64,000 bases of DNA from contig CAWDDT010000004.1 of NCBI GenBank assembly GCA_963801165.1, positions 352,001 through 416,000 on the forward strand, written 5' to 3'. This stretch comes from an uncultured bacterium (GTDB lineage: Bacteria > Actinomycetota > Acidimicrobiia > Spongiisociales > UBA5794). The first letter of the stretch is position 1. The number at the start of each line of letters is the position of its first letter. The notes beneath the pieces were generated by a model that worked only from the letters and a program-made list of their open reading frames with translations, ran no database searches and had not been told where the DNA came from. Below, piece after piece: positions 1-10,125 of the stretch. A program made the position numbers and the translations under genes.

Positions 1-1397
1 TCCTCGCCAGTCCCGGCAAGTTCCGCGCGATCGGGGCGAAGATACCGCGCGGTGTCCTCCTGTTCGGCCCCCCCGGCACCGGCAAGACTCTGCTGGCCAG
101 GGCGGTCGCCGGCGAGGCTGGGGTTCCGTTCTTCAGCATTTCCGGCTCCGATTTTGTCGAGATGTTCGTCGGTGTCGGTGCCTCCCGGGTCCGCGACCTC
201 TTTGAGCAGGCCAAGCAGAACGGTCCAGCGATCGTTTTCATCGACGAGATAGACGCGGTGGGCCGTCACCGTGGCGCCGGTCTCGGCGGTGGCCACGACG
301 AGCGCGAGCAGACTCTGAACCAGCTTCTGGTCGAGCTCGACGGCTTTGACGTGAATACCGGTGTCATCGTCATCGCCGCGACCAACCGTCCCGACATCCT
401 CGATCCGGCTCTGCTGAGGCCGGGACGGTTCGACCGGCAGGTCGTGGTTGATCGGCCCGACCTGAAAGGCCGCCACGCGATCCTCGATGTGCACGCCAAG
501 GGTAAGCCGTTCGAGGAAGGCATCGACCTCGGCGCGCTGGCTCGGCAGACACCTGGATTCACAGGGGCGGACCTCGCCAACCTCATCAACGAAGCTGCAT
601 TGCTGACTGCCCGCCGTGACAAGAAGCTGATCTCGATGTCCGAGCTGGAGGAAGCCATCGATCGGGTGATCGCCGGTCCGGAGCGCAAGAGCCGCGTTAT
701 GTCGGAGGATGAGCGCAGGATCACCGCCTACCACGAGGGCGGGCATGCTTTGGTCGGCTATGCGTTGCCCAACCTCGACCCCATCCACAAAGTGACGATC
801 ATTCCCCGCGGTCGTGCCGGGGGCTACACGCTGGCGCTGCCTATGCAAGACAAGAGCTATGCCAAGCGCAGCGAGTTGGTCGACCAGCTCGCGTATGCCC
901 TTGGGGGGCGCACCGCAGAAGAGCAGGTGTTCGGCGACCCGAGCACCGGTGCCTCCGACGACATCGAGAAGGCGACCGATCTCGCCAGGAAGATGGTCAT
1001 GGAATACGGCATGAGCGACCGGCTCGGACCGCTCCGCTACGGCCGACCGGATTCTCAGGTGTTCCTGGGTAGGGACTACACCAGAGGCCAGGAGATGTCG
1101 GACGAGGTCGCCGCCGCGATCGACGACGAGATAAGGATGTTGATCAACCAGGCGCACGAGGAGGCAAGGTCGATCATCGCGACCCACCGTGCCGCCCTCG
1201 ATCGGATCGCCGAAGTTCTGCTCGAGAAGGAGACCGTCGACGGCAAGGAGATCACCAAGATCTTCGCCGACGTCCCGAAGTGGGAGCATGCGGAGGCGGG
1301 GGCACTCCGGATCCGGCTTCCCGAGGCGCCGATCGTGGGGAAGGGGCGAGTCGCTTCTTCATCTCCCACCGACGATCCTCAGCCGGCCCGGCCCTGA
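1..1397 (+). CDS. ftsH: ATP-dependent zinc metalloprotease FtsH (5' truncated by window edge)
   Basis: Walker B FIDEID, second region of homology [25 protein letters not shown] zinc motif; Walker A GPPGTGKT is read in frame upstream of the ORF-track start at 162. Confidence 0.97.
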   Translation, partial: LASPGKFRAIGAKIPRGVLLFGPPGTGKTLLARAVAGEAGVPFFSISGSDFVEMFVGVGASRVRDLFEQAKQNGPAIVFIDEIDAVGRHRGAGLGGGHDEREQTLNQLLVELDGFDVNTGVIVIAATNRPDILDPALLRPGRFDRQVVVDRPDLKGRHAILDVHAKGKPFEEGIDLGALARQTPGFTGADLANLINEAALLTARRDKKLISMSELEEAIDRVIAGPERKSRVMSEDERRITAYHEGGHALVGYALPNLDPIHKVTIIPRGRAGGYTLALPMQDKSYAKRSELVDQLAYALGGRTAEEQVFGDPSTGASDDIEKATDLARKMVMEYGMSDRLGPLRYGRPDSQVFLGRDYTRGQEMSDEVAAAIDDEIRMLINQAHEEARSIIATHRAALDRIAEVLLEKETVDGKEITKIFADVPKWEHAEAGALRIRLPEAPIVGKGRVASSSPTDDPQPARP

Positions 1398-1403
1398 GCC
1401 GCA

Positions 1404-2282
1404 GTGAGCAAAGGCTTTTCAGCCCGGACCTGGCAGATTAGGGATCGGGTCTTGTCCAGCGAAGACCACACGCTGGTTATGGGCATTGTCAATGTCACAC
1501 CGGATTCGTTCTCCGATGGTGGTCGGTACGCCGGCCGCGAGCGCGCCGTCGCCCACGGAATGGAGCTCTGGGGACAGGGAGCCGACATCCTCGACATCGG
1601 TGGCGAGTCGACCCGCCCCGGCGCCGAGCCTGTGGCGGCGGGTGACGAGATCGACCGGGTCGTGCCGGTGATCGCCGAGTTGGTGCAGCGGGGCGCGGTG
1701 GTGAGCGTCGACACGATGAAGGCAGAGGTTGCCGCCGCCGCCATCGCTGCAGGAGTCCACATCGTCAACGACATCACGGCGCTGGCCGACCCGGCTATGG
1801 CCGGGGTCTGCGCCGGCAGTGGGGTGGGAGTGGTGCTGATGCACATCCAGGGCACTCCCCGGACGATGCAGATCAATCCGCATTATGACGACGTTGTGCC
1901 CGAGGTCCTGGCTTACCTCGAGCGGCGAGCCCAGTTTGCGGTGAGGGCCGGAATCGGCCGCGACCGTCTCGTCGTCGATCCCGGGATCGGGTTCGGCAAG
2001 GGGTTCGGTGACAATCTCGAGCTGCTCAATGCGGTCGGGCGGTTTGCCGGCACGGGGTTTCCGGTATTGATCGGAACGTCGCGCAAAGGGTTTCTCGGTG
2101 AGATCATGCGCTCCGCAGGCTACGAGACGACGGCCGCCGAGCGCGACCCGGCCACCGCCGCTACCGTGGCGCTTGCCGTTGCCGCCGGAGCCGCGATCGT
2201 GCGGGTACACAACGTGGGCCATGGGCTACAAGCGGCAAGAACCGCCGACGCTATCGTGCGGTTTCCGCTACGGAGGAACTGA
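1404..2282 (+). CDS. folP: Dihydropteroate synthase
   Basis: MGIVNVTPDSFSDGG, DIGGESTRPG, DPGIGFGK, SRKGF motifs; follows ftsH as in other actinobacteria. Confidence 0.96.
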   Translation: MSKGFSARTWQIRDRVLSSEDHTLVMGIVNVTPDSFSDGGRYAGRERAVAHGMELWGQGADILDIGGESTRPGAEPVAAGDEIDRVVPVIAELVQRGAVVSVDTMKAEVAAAAIAAGVHIVNDITALADPAMAGVCAGSGVGVVLMHIQGTPRTMQINPHYDDVVPEVLAYLERRAQFAVRAGIGRDRLVVDPGIGFGKGFGDNLELLNAVGRFAGTGFPVLIGTSRKGFLGEIMRSAGYETTAAERDPATAATVALAVAAGAAIVRVHNVGHGLQAARTADAIVRFPLRRN

Positions 2283-2284
2283 GA

Positions 2285-2758
2285 GTGGCAGGTCTGGAGC
2301 CGAGGGGGTTCAAATGGGTGATCGCCGGCCGCCTGGCGATCTCAGAACGCATCGGCGGCTACGGATTCCAGCACCGCCGCGTTCGCCGCGAAGAGGAGAT
2401 CATCTGGATCAGTGAGCAGGGCATCAACACCGTCGTGTCCCTGATGGCGGGTAACCAGAACCAGGCGGCATACGAGGGCGCAACCCTCCACTTCTATCAC
2501 TATCCCATCGAAGATGATCTGGAGTCGGCCGACAGGGACAAGATCTTCTCCCTACTCGACGATGCCATGGGGCGACCGGGAGCATCCGTTCTCGTGCATC
2601 GCGAGCTGATCGGTGACCTGCTGGTCGGGCTGATGGGCGGGTACCTCGTTCACGCCGGGCTGATCAGAGATCCGATTGTCGCCACATCCGTAATCCAGGA
2701 GATCTCCGGCCGGCCGCTGGGACCCGAGGGGCGGCGGCTCATTCCGGACGCGAGTTGA
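2285..2758 (+). CDS. Hypothetical protein, degenerate protein-tyrosine/dual-specificity phosphatase-like fold
   Basis: Pattern WVIAGRLA..GINTVVSL..HYPIED..VLVH resembles DSP/PTP, but the catalytic HCxxGxxR reads HRELIGD; tightly packed between folP and folK. Confidence 0.6.
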   Translation: MAGLEPRGFKWVIAGRLAISERIGGYGFQHRRVRREEEIIWISEQGINTVVSLMAGNQNQAAYEGATLHFYHYPIEDDLESADRDKIFSLLDDAMGRPGASVLVHRELIGDLLVGLMGGYLVHAGLIRDPIVATSVIQEISGRPLGPEGRRLIPDAS

Positions 2759-3331
2759 ATGGCAGTTCGGGCTGCCATCGGGCTCGGCTCGAATCTCAGT
2801 GATCGCGCTCGGCACATTGCACAAGCCGTCGGAGGTCTGGCCGCTACCGGCGCTCTGGTCCGGGTGTCGTCGCTCTATGAGACCGCACCGGTAGGTGGCC
2901 CGAAACAGGGCAAGTACATCAACGCGGTTGCTGTCGTGGACACCGATCTCTCAGCTCGTGCGCTTCTGGATAGCTGTCTGGAGATAGAGCGAGAGCACGG
3001 GCGGGAACGCCGGGAGCGCTGGGGACCGCGGACGCTCGATCTGGACATCCTGCTGTACGGCGACAGGGTGATCGACGAACCGGACCTAACCGTGCCGCAT
3101 CCTCGTATGACCGAGCGGCGTTTCGTCCTCGAGCCATTGCTGGAGGCGTGGCCGGATGCCACTCTGCCGGACGGCACGCCGCTCGCCGGCTTCCTGCCCG
3201 CTGTGGCCGGTCAGAAGGTGCGCAAGCTGGAGACGGTGATTGCCGACCGACGGACTTCGCTGCTGCTTTTCCTGGTTGTCGCGCTCGGGGCGCTGGCGAT
3301 CTGGTGGCTGGGGGACTGGCTGGTCCGGTGA
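2759..3331 (+). CDS. folK: 2-amino-4-hydroxy-6-hydroxymethyldihydropteridine diphosphokinase with hydrophobic C-terminal tail
   Basis: IGLGSNL, SSLYETAP, RWGPRTLDLDIL, PHPRM.ERRFVL motifs. Confidence 0.95.
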   Translation: MAVRAAIGLGSNLSDRARHIAQAVGGLAATGALVRVSSLYETAPVGGPKQGKYINAVAVVDTDLSARALLDSCLEIEREHGRERRERWGPRTLDLDILLYGDRVIDEPDLTVPHPRMTERRFVLEPLLEAWPDATLPDGTPLAGFLPAVAGQKVRKLETVIADRRTSLLLFLVVALGALAIWWLGDWLVR

Positions 3332-4803
3332 TTCAAGTAATCCCCGGTCTCGCCGATAATGCTGTCGTGTCACGAGGTCGCCACATAGCGATATTGCTTC
3401 TCGTGCTCCTATGGGTGACTGCTCCTGCCGCCCACGCAGATGACAACCGCTACCTGTCCAACGTCTATCAGGACGACCCGTCGGATTGGAGCGACCCCTG
3501 GGTCGATGCGTCGTTTGGCCCCCGCAACAACGTCACCACCGTTGACGGCCATGTCGGGACCGGGGTCGAGGTATCGATCGATGCCGGCCAGCACTTCGGG
3601 ACCGCGATGCGGTGGCGGTTCGCAGACAACGGCTTCGCCGAGCCCGAGCAGCTCTGGTTTCGCTACTACCTCCGCTTTCCCGAGGGTTTTGTCAACAGCG
3701 GCAAGGGCAAGCTCCCGGGTCCTGCCGGTCTGTACTCCAGGAGCGGCCGGGGCAACATCCCGTCGACACCGGGCGAGCCCGGTTGGTCGGCGCGGATGCT
3801 GTTCTCACCTACCTACGACGAACGCGATAGCGACTACACCAGGATCGGCTACTACCTCTATCACCTCGATCAGGCCCAGGACCACGGTGATTTGCTGCTT
3901 TGGGACGAGGGCGTCGCCACGCTTCATCACGGTGATTGGTACTGCGTCGAGGGTCACGTGCAGATGAACACGCCGGGAGAGGCTGATGGCCTGCTCGCCG
4001 GCTGGGTCGACGGCGTAGCGGCGTTCAGCAGGGACGACTTGCGCTTCCGCAGGGCGAGCGAGCCCAATGTGAGCATCGACAGTTTTTGGTTCGACGTGTA
4101 CTTCGGCGGCAGAAACGTGACGCCCGTCGATCTCAGCATTGATTTCGACTCCCTGGCGTTTGGCCAGGACCGGCTGGGATGCGACGACACGAGCGAGCGC
4201 GGGTTCACGGGCGGGTTCTTCGATGACGAGGGATCGGTGCACGAGGGTGACATCGAGGCCCTGCTGGCGGCGGGCGTGATCAACGGGTGCAACGCCAACG
4301 GAGATGCCTTCTGCCCCGATGATCCGGTCACCCGCGGTCAGATGGCGAAGATCCTGGTGCGCGCTCTCGGTCTGCCCGCGGCTGATCATGACTACTTCAC
4401 CGACGACGACGGCTCCATCTATGAGGATGCGATCAACTCGCTAGCCGCTGTTGGCGTAACCAACGGCTGTGGCGTTGGTCTGTATTGCCCGAACGCCGTG
4501 ATGAGTCGCGCCCAGGTGGCTGCGTTCATCACCCGCGCCCTCGACCTGCCCGAGGTCGCCGATAACCAGTTCTCCGACGTCGGGGACTCGCCGTTCGTCG
4601 GTGATGTGAATGCGCTTGCGGTCGCCGGTCTCACCTCGGGTTGCGGCGACGACCGCTTCTGTCCCAACGCCGTTGCCAGCCGGAGCGAGACGGCGTCGTT
4701 CGTGGCTCGGGCCATGAATCTCCAGGCGCAGCGGACTCTCGAGGAGGAACTGCACCGGGTACCACCGGTACGTGACCGTTTCCTCTCACCTCATCCCGGT
4801 TGA
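3328..4803 (+). CDS. Secreted polysaccharide lyase (PL14-like) domain plus C-terminal S-layer-homology-like repeats; start 3328 or 3367
   Basis: Signal peptide (LLLVLLWVTAPAAHA); GKLPG, WSARM, DG...WVDG, F.VYFGG motifs; three FxD..G...GC...FCP...xR.QMA type repeats. Confidence 0.7.
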   Translation: MIQVIPGLADNAVVSRGRHIAILLLVLLWVTAPAAHADDNRYLSNVYQDDPSDWSDPWVDASFGPRNNVTTVDGHVGTGVEVSIDAGQHFGTAMRWRFADNGFAEPEQLWFRYYLRFPEGFVNSGKGKLPGPAGLYSRSGRGNIPSTPGEPGWSARMLFSPTYDERDSDYTRIGYYLYHLDQAQDHGDLLLWDEGVATLHHGDWYCVEGHVQMNTPGEADGLLAGWVDGVAAFSRDDLRFRRASEPNVSIDSFWFDVYFGGRNVTPVDLSIDFDSLAFGQDRLGCDDTSERGFTGGFFDDEGSVHEGDIEALLAAGVINGCNANGDAFCPDDPVTRGQMAKILVRALGLPAADHDYFTDDDGSIYEDAINSLAAVGVTNGCGVGLYCPNAVMSRAQVAAFITRALDLPEVADNQFSDVGDSPFVGDVNALAVAGLTSGCGDDRFCPNAVASRSETASFVARAMNLQAQRTLEEELHRVPPVRDRFLSPHPG

Positions 4804-4859
4804 CGGCGCGTCCTCTCCGAAACCCCTTATCTCGTATAGTTCCCGGGGAAAGGGGAGCT

Positions 4860-5423
4860 ATGAAGATCACGGACACGTTCGAGGTATCCAGCGACATCGA
4901 AAAGGTCTGGGCAGCATTTGCGAACGTCCCGGACCTGGCTCATTGCCTACCGGGAGCCGAGCTCACCGAAGACCATGGCGATGGTCGCTACTCGGGGACC
5001 GTAGAGGCAAAGCTGGGTCCGATCACAGCCAGCTTCGACGGCGAAGCGACCGTAGTCCTCGACGAGATCCGACACACCGGGACCATGACCGGGAAGGGAG
5101 TGGATCGTCGCGGCGGGAGTCGCGCCCAGCTCGAGCTCATCTATGCGCTCGACACCGTGGCTGCCGGCACCCGGGTGACTATCAACGCCGATGTCCTGCT
5201 TTCCGGAGCCGCGGCACAGTTTGGCCGTATCGGGCTCCTCCAGGAGATGACGGGGCGGATCATCAATGAGTTCGTCCACTGTCTCGAGGCCAAGCTGTCC
5301 GCACCGTCGGCAGAATCGGCGGCCGCGATTCACGCCCCCGAGGTCAGGGGGCTCTCCTTGTTCTTCGCCAGCGTATTCGCCCCGATTACACGTCTCTTCA
5401 AGCGGATCTTCAGGCGAAGCTGA
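4860..5423 (+). CDS. CoxG/SRPBCC family protein
   Basis: VWAAF..VPDLAHCLPGA, KLGPI, AQFGR pattern; GGAG RBS before ATG 4860; next to cox-like genes. Confidence 0.85.
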   Translation: MKITDTFEVSSDIEKVWAAFANVPDLAHCLPGAELTEDHGDGRYSGTVEAKLGPITASFDGEATVVLDEIRHTGTMTGKGVDRRGGSRAQLELIYALDTVAAGTRVTINADVLLSGAAAQFGRIGLLQEMTGRIINEFVHCLEAKLSAPSAESAAAIHAPEVRGLSLFFASVFAPITRLFKRIFRRS

Positions 5424-5496
5424 GCCGCATATTCCCCGCCCACTCTGTGAGCCGCCTCGCTAGGTTTGGCCGGGAAGCTGGAGGAGGAGAGGGAAT

Positions 5497-5994
5497 ATGG
5501 AACTGTCTCTGACCGTCAACGGTCAGGCGCACAGCGTCGACGTCGAACCCCGCACGCTATTGGTCCACCTGCTGCGGGAGCACCTCGGGTTGACCGGAAC
5601 ACACGTCGGGTGCGAGACCGGCTACTGCGGAGCGTGCACCGTCCATCTCGACGGAACCCCCGTCAAGTCGTGCACCATGCTGGCCGTACAGGCTGCCGGG
5701 AGTGCGGTGACCACCATTGAAGGTCTTGGCAACGGCGACCTCCATCCGGTTCAGGAAGGATTCTGGGAGCGCCACGGTCTGCAGTGTGGTTACTGCACAC
5801 CGGGGATGATCATGTCCACGGCGGGGCTGCTGGCAGAGAACGACAGCCCAACCGAGGCGGAGATCAGACACGGGATCGAGGGGAACCTCTGTCGGTGCAC
5901 GGGCTACCACAACATCGTCCGTGCCGTTGAATATGCCGCTGCCAGGATGCGCGGGGACGAGCCACCGGCACCGGACTGGGAGGTGCAGTCGTGA
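5497..5994 (+). CDS. Molybdoenzyme 2Fe-2S small subunit (CoxS-like)
   Basis: [28 protein letters not shown]. Confidence 0.95.
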   Translation: MELSLTVNGQAHSVDVEPRTLLVHLLREHLGLTGTHVGCETGYCGACTVHLDGTPVKSCTMLAVQAAGSAVTTIEGLGNGDLHPVQEGFWERHGLQCGYCTPGMIMSTAGLLAENDSPTEAEIRHGIEGNLCRCTGYHNIVRAVEYAAARMRGDEPPAPDWEVQS

Positions 5995-8369
5995 CTACCA
6001 CTACCAGTGCCCTCGGCGGTGCGATTCGCCGTCGTGAGGATCCGGCCCTCATTCGAGGTCGCGGCCGATATGTCGATGACATCAAACTGCCGAACGAGAC
6101 GGCGGCGGTGTTTGTCAGGAGCCCGTTCGCCCGCGCCAAGGTGCTCTCCATCGACACATCGGAGGCGCTTGCAACCGATGGTGTGCTGGCTGTCTACACG
6201 GCCGACGACCTGGGTGACCTCGGTCCGCTGATCGCCCAGCTCTCCTTCCTGCCCCGGCCGTTGCTCAACGGTGACGAGGTGAAACATGTCGGGGAAGCGG
6301 TCGCCATGGTCATCGGTGAGAACCGATATGTCGCTCAGGACGGCGCCGACGCCGTATTCGTCGACTACGAGCCTCTGACTCCGGTCATTGACCTCAAGGA
6401 CTCTCTGTCCGATCGTCAACTCGTCCACACCGGATCCGAGTCGAACACGATTCTCTCCTGGGCGGGGCCATTCGGCGCTGAGCCGGAGGCGCAGCAGGCG
6501 GTGAAGGACCAGATCGAGGCCGCCAAACAACGCGACGATGCAGTGGTCGTCAGCCAGGAGATGATCAATCAGCGACTGATCCCGACCGCGATAGAACCGC
6601 GGCGGGTGCTCGCCGAATGGAGCTCCGGCTACGGATCGTTGAATGTCTGGTCGTCGAGCCAGATTCCTCATGCCCTGGCAGGTGCCATCGCGGTTTCACT
6701 CGGCTTGCGAAGCACGAAAGTGCGCGTTGTCGCTCCCGAGGTTGGTGGAGGTTTCGGGGCAAAGCTCAATGTGTACAACGACGAGATCCTGGTCTCGTGG
6801 GCTGCGCGGCATCTGGGCCGCCCGGTGCGCTGGACCGAGACGCGCCGTGAGGCAGCGAACTCGACGATTCACGGTCGCGGCTGGGTGGGAACGGCGACTC
6901 TCGTGGGCACGCGCGACGGTGAGATCCTGGGCTATGACTTCGAGGGCATAGCCGACATGGGCGCCTACACCCAGAACTTCACGGTGGCCATCCCGCTGCT
7001 GGGGCTGTTTGTGGCGTCGGGGCAATACAAGATGCCTACCTACTGGAAGATCGACTGCGTCGCTACCAATACGATGACCACCGATGCGTACCGGGGCGCA
7101 GGCCGGCCCGAGGCGATGTACTACATCGAGCGGATCGTCGACATGTACGCACGTGAGATCGGGATGGACCCGGCCGAGGTGCGGCGTCGGAACTTCATCG
7201 CCAAGGAGGCCTTTCCCGGTGCGGTGTCACCCGCCGGGTTCGCCATGGACACCGGGGATTACGCCAAGAACCTCGATGCGCTTCTGGACAACGCCGACTA
7301 CGCATCATTGAAAGCAGAACGCGATGCCGCCCGAGCCGAAGGCCGCTACGTCGGCGTCGGCCTCGCCACGTATGTCGAGGTGTGTGGCTTCGCCCCGTCG
7401 GGTTTGGCGGACATGGGCTTCAACTGGGCGAACTACGGCTTGCCGACGGCGTTCAACGGGTCGGGGCTGGTGCGGGTCAACCCGGATGCGACGGCCACCG
7501 TGGTCATCGGCACCGGGCCGACCGGCCAGGGTCACGAGACGACCTGGGCTCAGATAGTCTCGGACCGGCTCGGCATCCCGGTCGACGACATCACGGTGAA
7601 GCATGGCGACACCGGCGATTCGCCGATGGGCATCGGGACATTTGGCTCCCGGTCGGCGGCGGTCGATGGCTCCGCAACCTACGAGGCTGCCGATCGGGTG
7701 CGAAAAAAGGCCGCCAAGCTCGCAGCGCACCTTCTCGAGGCCAGCGAGGACGACATCGTCTTTGCCGACGGTGGGGCACATGTCGCCGGATCACCGGAGA
7801 GCAAGGTCGGATGGGCGGACATTGCGACCGTCGCCTACCAGGTGCACAAGGCCCCTGCCGGTACCGAACCGGGGCTGGAGAGCGAGGTGTTCTTCACCCC
7901 GAGCAACGCGACCTGGCCCTTTGGATCGCACCTGGCCATGGTTGAGGTCGATCCCGAGACCGGCAACGTCGAGATCCTGCGATACATCACGGCGGACGAC
8001 TGCGGCAAGGTCATCAACCCGATGATCGTGCACGGCCAGATCCACGGAGGAATCGTCCAGGGCATCGGACAGGCGTTATTCGAGGACGCGATCTACGACT
8101 CGGACGGGAACTTGTTGACGGGCTCTCTCGTCGACTACCCGATTCCCACCGCGGGTGACGTGCCCTCGTTCGAGTTGCACAGGACCGTAACTCCAACGGA
8201 CGTGAACCCGATGGGGGTCAAGGGAGTCGGGGAAGCGGGCACGATCGGGTCTGCGCAGACGATCGTCAACGCCGTTGTCGACGCTCTCGAGCCGCTCGGA
8301 GTCAAACACATCGACATGCCACTCAGACCCCGCCGGGTTTGGGAAGCGATCCAGAAAGCGAGGGGGTAG
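5991..8369 (+). CDS. Xanthine dehydrogenase family molybdopterin-binding large subunit (form II CoxL-like)
   Basis: VGGGFGAK, active-site AYRGAGR, GQGHET, KGVGEAG. Confidence 0.93.
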   Translation: MTTTTSALGGAIRRREDPALIRGRGRYVDDIKLPNETAAVFVRSPFARAKVLSIDTSEALATDGVLAVYTADDLGDLGPLIAQLSFLPRPLLNGDEVKHVGEAVAMVIGENRYVAQDGADAVFVDYEPLTPVIDLKDSLSDRQLVHTGSESNTILSWAGPFGAEPEAQQAVKDQIEAAKQRDDAVVVSQEMINQRLIPTAIEPRRVLAEWSSGYGSLNVWSSSQIPHALAGAIAVSLGLRSTKVRVVAPEVGGGFGAKLNVYNDEILVSWAARHLGRPVRWTETRREAANSTIHGRGWVGTATLVGTRDGEILGYDFEGIADMGAYTQNFTVAIPLLGLFVASGQYKMPTYWKIDCVATNTMTTDAYRGAGRPEAMYYIERIVDMYAREIGMDPAEVRRRNFIAKEAFPGAVSPAGFAMDTGDYAKNLDALLDNADYASLKAERDAARAEGRYVGVGLATYVEVCGFAPSGLADMGFNWANYGLPTAFNGSGLVRVNPDATATVVIGTGPTGQGHETTWAQIVSDRLGIPVDDITVKHGDTGDSPMGIGTFGSRSAAVDGSATYEAADRVRKKAAKLAAHLLEASEDDIVFADGGAHVAGSPESKVGWADIATVAYQVHKAPAGTEPGLESEVFFTPSNATWPFGSHLAMVEVDPETGNVEILRYITADDCGKVINPMIVHGQIHGGIVQGIGQALFEDAIYDSDGNLLTGSLVDYPIPTAGDVPSFELHRTVTPTDVNPMGVKGVGEAGTIGSAQTIVNAVVDALEPLGVKHIDMPLRPRRVWEAIQKARG

Positions 8370-8371
8370 AC

Positions 8372-9235
8372 ATGTATCCGAGGCAATTCGATTACGTGGC
8401 CCCGGCCTCGCTCGAGGAGGCAGCGGCGGCGCTTGCAGGCAATCCGGGAGCCAAGATCATGTCCGGGGGGATGAGTCTCATCCCCTTGATGAAGATGAGG
8501 CTGTTCTCGCCGGCGCTGGTCGTCGACATCGGTCGCATCTCCGGTCTGGACACGATCACCGACCGTGGCGATCACATCGCCATCGGCGCCCTGGTACGAC
8601 ACGCCCGGACGGCGAGCGACCCACTGATAGGAGAGCACGCGGCTGCTCTGGCGCGGGCCGCCTCGCTCACCGGAGACGTTCAGGTCCGTAATCGCGGCAC
8701 GACCTGCGGTGCGGTTGCCCACGCCGACCTGGCGGCGGATCAGACCGCCGCAGTGCTGGCGCTCGGCGCCACGATGGTGGCGCGCTCGTCCTCCGGGACG
8801 AGGGAGATCGCGGCCAGTGATTTCTTTGTGGACACACTCACGTCGGCGTTGCACCCCGATGAGATCCTGGTCGAGCTGCGTATCCCGAAGAGCGGTGCCG
8901 GATCGGCGTCGGCCTACTCGAAACTGGGGCGGCGCGGTGGCGAATCGGATTACGCAGTCGCCGGTGCCGCCGCCTGGGTGGCGAAGAGCAACGGTTCGGT
9001 GGAAGCGGCGCGGGTGGCGCTCACCGGCGTGGGGACGAAACCCGTCCTCGCCCCCGGCGTGGCTAACGCTCTGGTCGGCACCGACGGGTCGGCGGCGGCC
9101 ATCGAGGCGGCCGCTGCCCACGCCACCGAGGGTGTCTCGGTGCTCGAAGACCTGTACGGTTCGGTCGACTACAAGACCCACCTTGCCGGGGTGTACGCCA
9201 AGCGCGCCCTGGCGATGGCGATGGGTACGCTGTAG
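8372..9235 (+). CDS. Molybdoenzyme FAD-binding medium subunit (CoxM-like)
   Basis: MYPRQFDY..P, GGMSLIP.MK.R, QVRNRGT.CG. Confidence 0.93.
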   Translation: MYPRQFDYVAPASLEEAAAALAGNPGAKIMSGGMSLIPLMKMRLFSPALVVDIGRISGLDTITDRGDHIAIGALVRHARTASDPLIGEHAAALARAASLTGDVQVRNRGTTCGAVAHADLAADQTAAVLALGATMVARSSSGTREIAASDFFVDTLTSALHPDEILVELRIPKSGAGSASAYSKLGRRGGESDYAVAGAAAWVAKSNGSVEAARVALTGVGTKPVLAPGVANALVGTDGSAAAIEAAAAHATEGVSVLEDLYGSVDYKTHLAGVYAKRALAMAMGTL

Positions 9236-9240
9236 CCGAG

Positions 9241-10122
9241 GTGATTCCTGCAACGGTAGACGAGGTCATGCAGGCGCTCGAGTCCCGGCGATATGTCGCG
9301 GATCGTGCGCTCGGTGTTGTCATCCACCTCGCCCTCCAGATGGGACGGCCACTGTTCCTGGAGGGTGAGGCGGGTGTCGGGAAGACCGAGGTCGCCAAGG
9401 TGCTCGCCGCCATCCTCGACGAGGAGTTGATCCGGCTCCAGTGCTACGAAGGTCTGGACGTGTCCCATGCGCTCTACGAGTGGGATTACGCACGGCAGAT
9501 GCTGGCCATTCGTCTGCTGGAGGCGCGTTCGGACGGGTCGATCCCCGAAGTGACCGACATCATGAGCCGGGAGTACTTGATTGCACGTCCGCTGCTCCAG
9601 GCGATCCAGCTCGGAGCCAAGGGAAGAAGGCCGATACTGCTGATCGACGAGCTGGACCGGGCGGACGAGGAGTTCGAGGCCTACCTGCTCGAGCTGCTCT
9701 CAGACTTCCAGGTGACCATCCCCGAGGTGGAGACGGTCAGAGCAGTGGTGCCTCCTGTCGTGGTGATCACGTCGAACCGCACCCGTGAGATCCATGATGC
9801 GTTGAAGCGCCGATGCATCTACCACTGGATCGACTATCCCGACTACGAGCGAGAGATAGCCATCCTACGTAGCCGCGCTCCCGAGGTGAGCGAGACGCTT
9901 GCCGCGGAGCTGGCACGGGCGATGCAGTACCTGAGAAGCCTCGAGCTGTTCAAGCCACCCGGCGTTGCCGAGACTCTCGACTGGGCCAAGGCGCTGACGG
10001 TGCTGGGCACGACCGAGCTGACGGCTGACGCAATCGGGGAAACGCTGGGTGTGGTCTTGAAGTATCAGGAGGACATCGCCCGGGTGCAAGCCGAGGGCGT
10101 CGAGCGACTTGCGGCTGGTTGA
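9241..10122 (+). CDS. MoxR-type AAA+ ATPase (CoxD-like)
   Basis: GEAGVGKT, LIDELDRADEEFEA, DALKRRC. Confidence 0.92.
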   Translation: MIPATVDEVMQALESRRYVADRALGVVIHLALQMGRPLFLEGEAGVGKTEVAKVLAAILDEELIRLQCYEGLDVSHALYEWDYARQMLAIRLLEARSDGSIPEVTDIMSREYLIARPLLQAIQLGAKGRRPILLIDELDRADEEFEAYLLELLSDFQVTIPEVETVRAVVPPVVVITSNRTREIHDALKRRCIYHWIDYPDYEREIAILRSRAPEVSETLAAELARAMQYLRSLELFKPPGVAETLDWAKALTVLGTTELTADAIGETLGVVLKYQEDIARVQAEGVERLAAG

Positions 10123-10125
10123 TCC

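Noticed and set aside
5991-8369. Aerobic CO dehydrogenase (form I coxL)
   Set aside because: Motif is AYRGAGR, not AYRCSFR, and gene order is S-L-M
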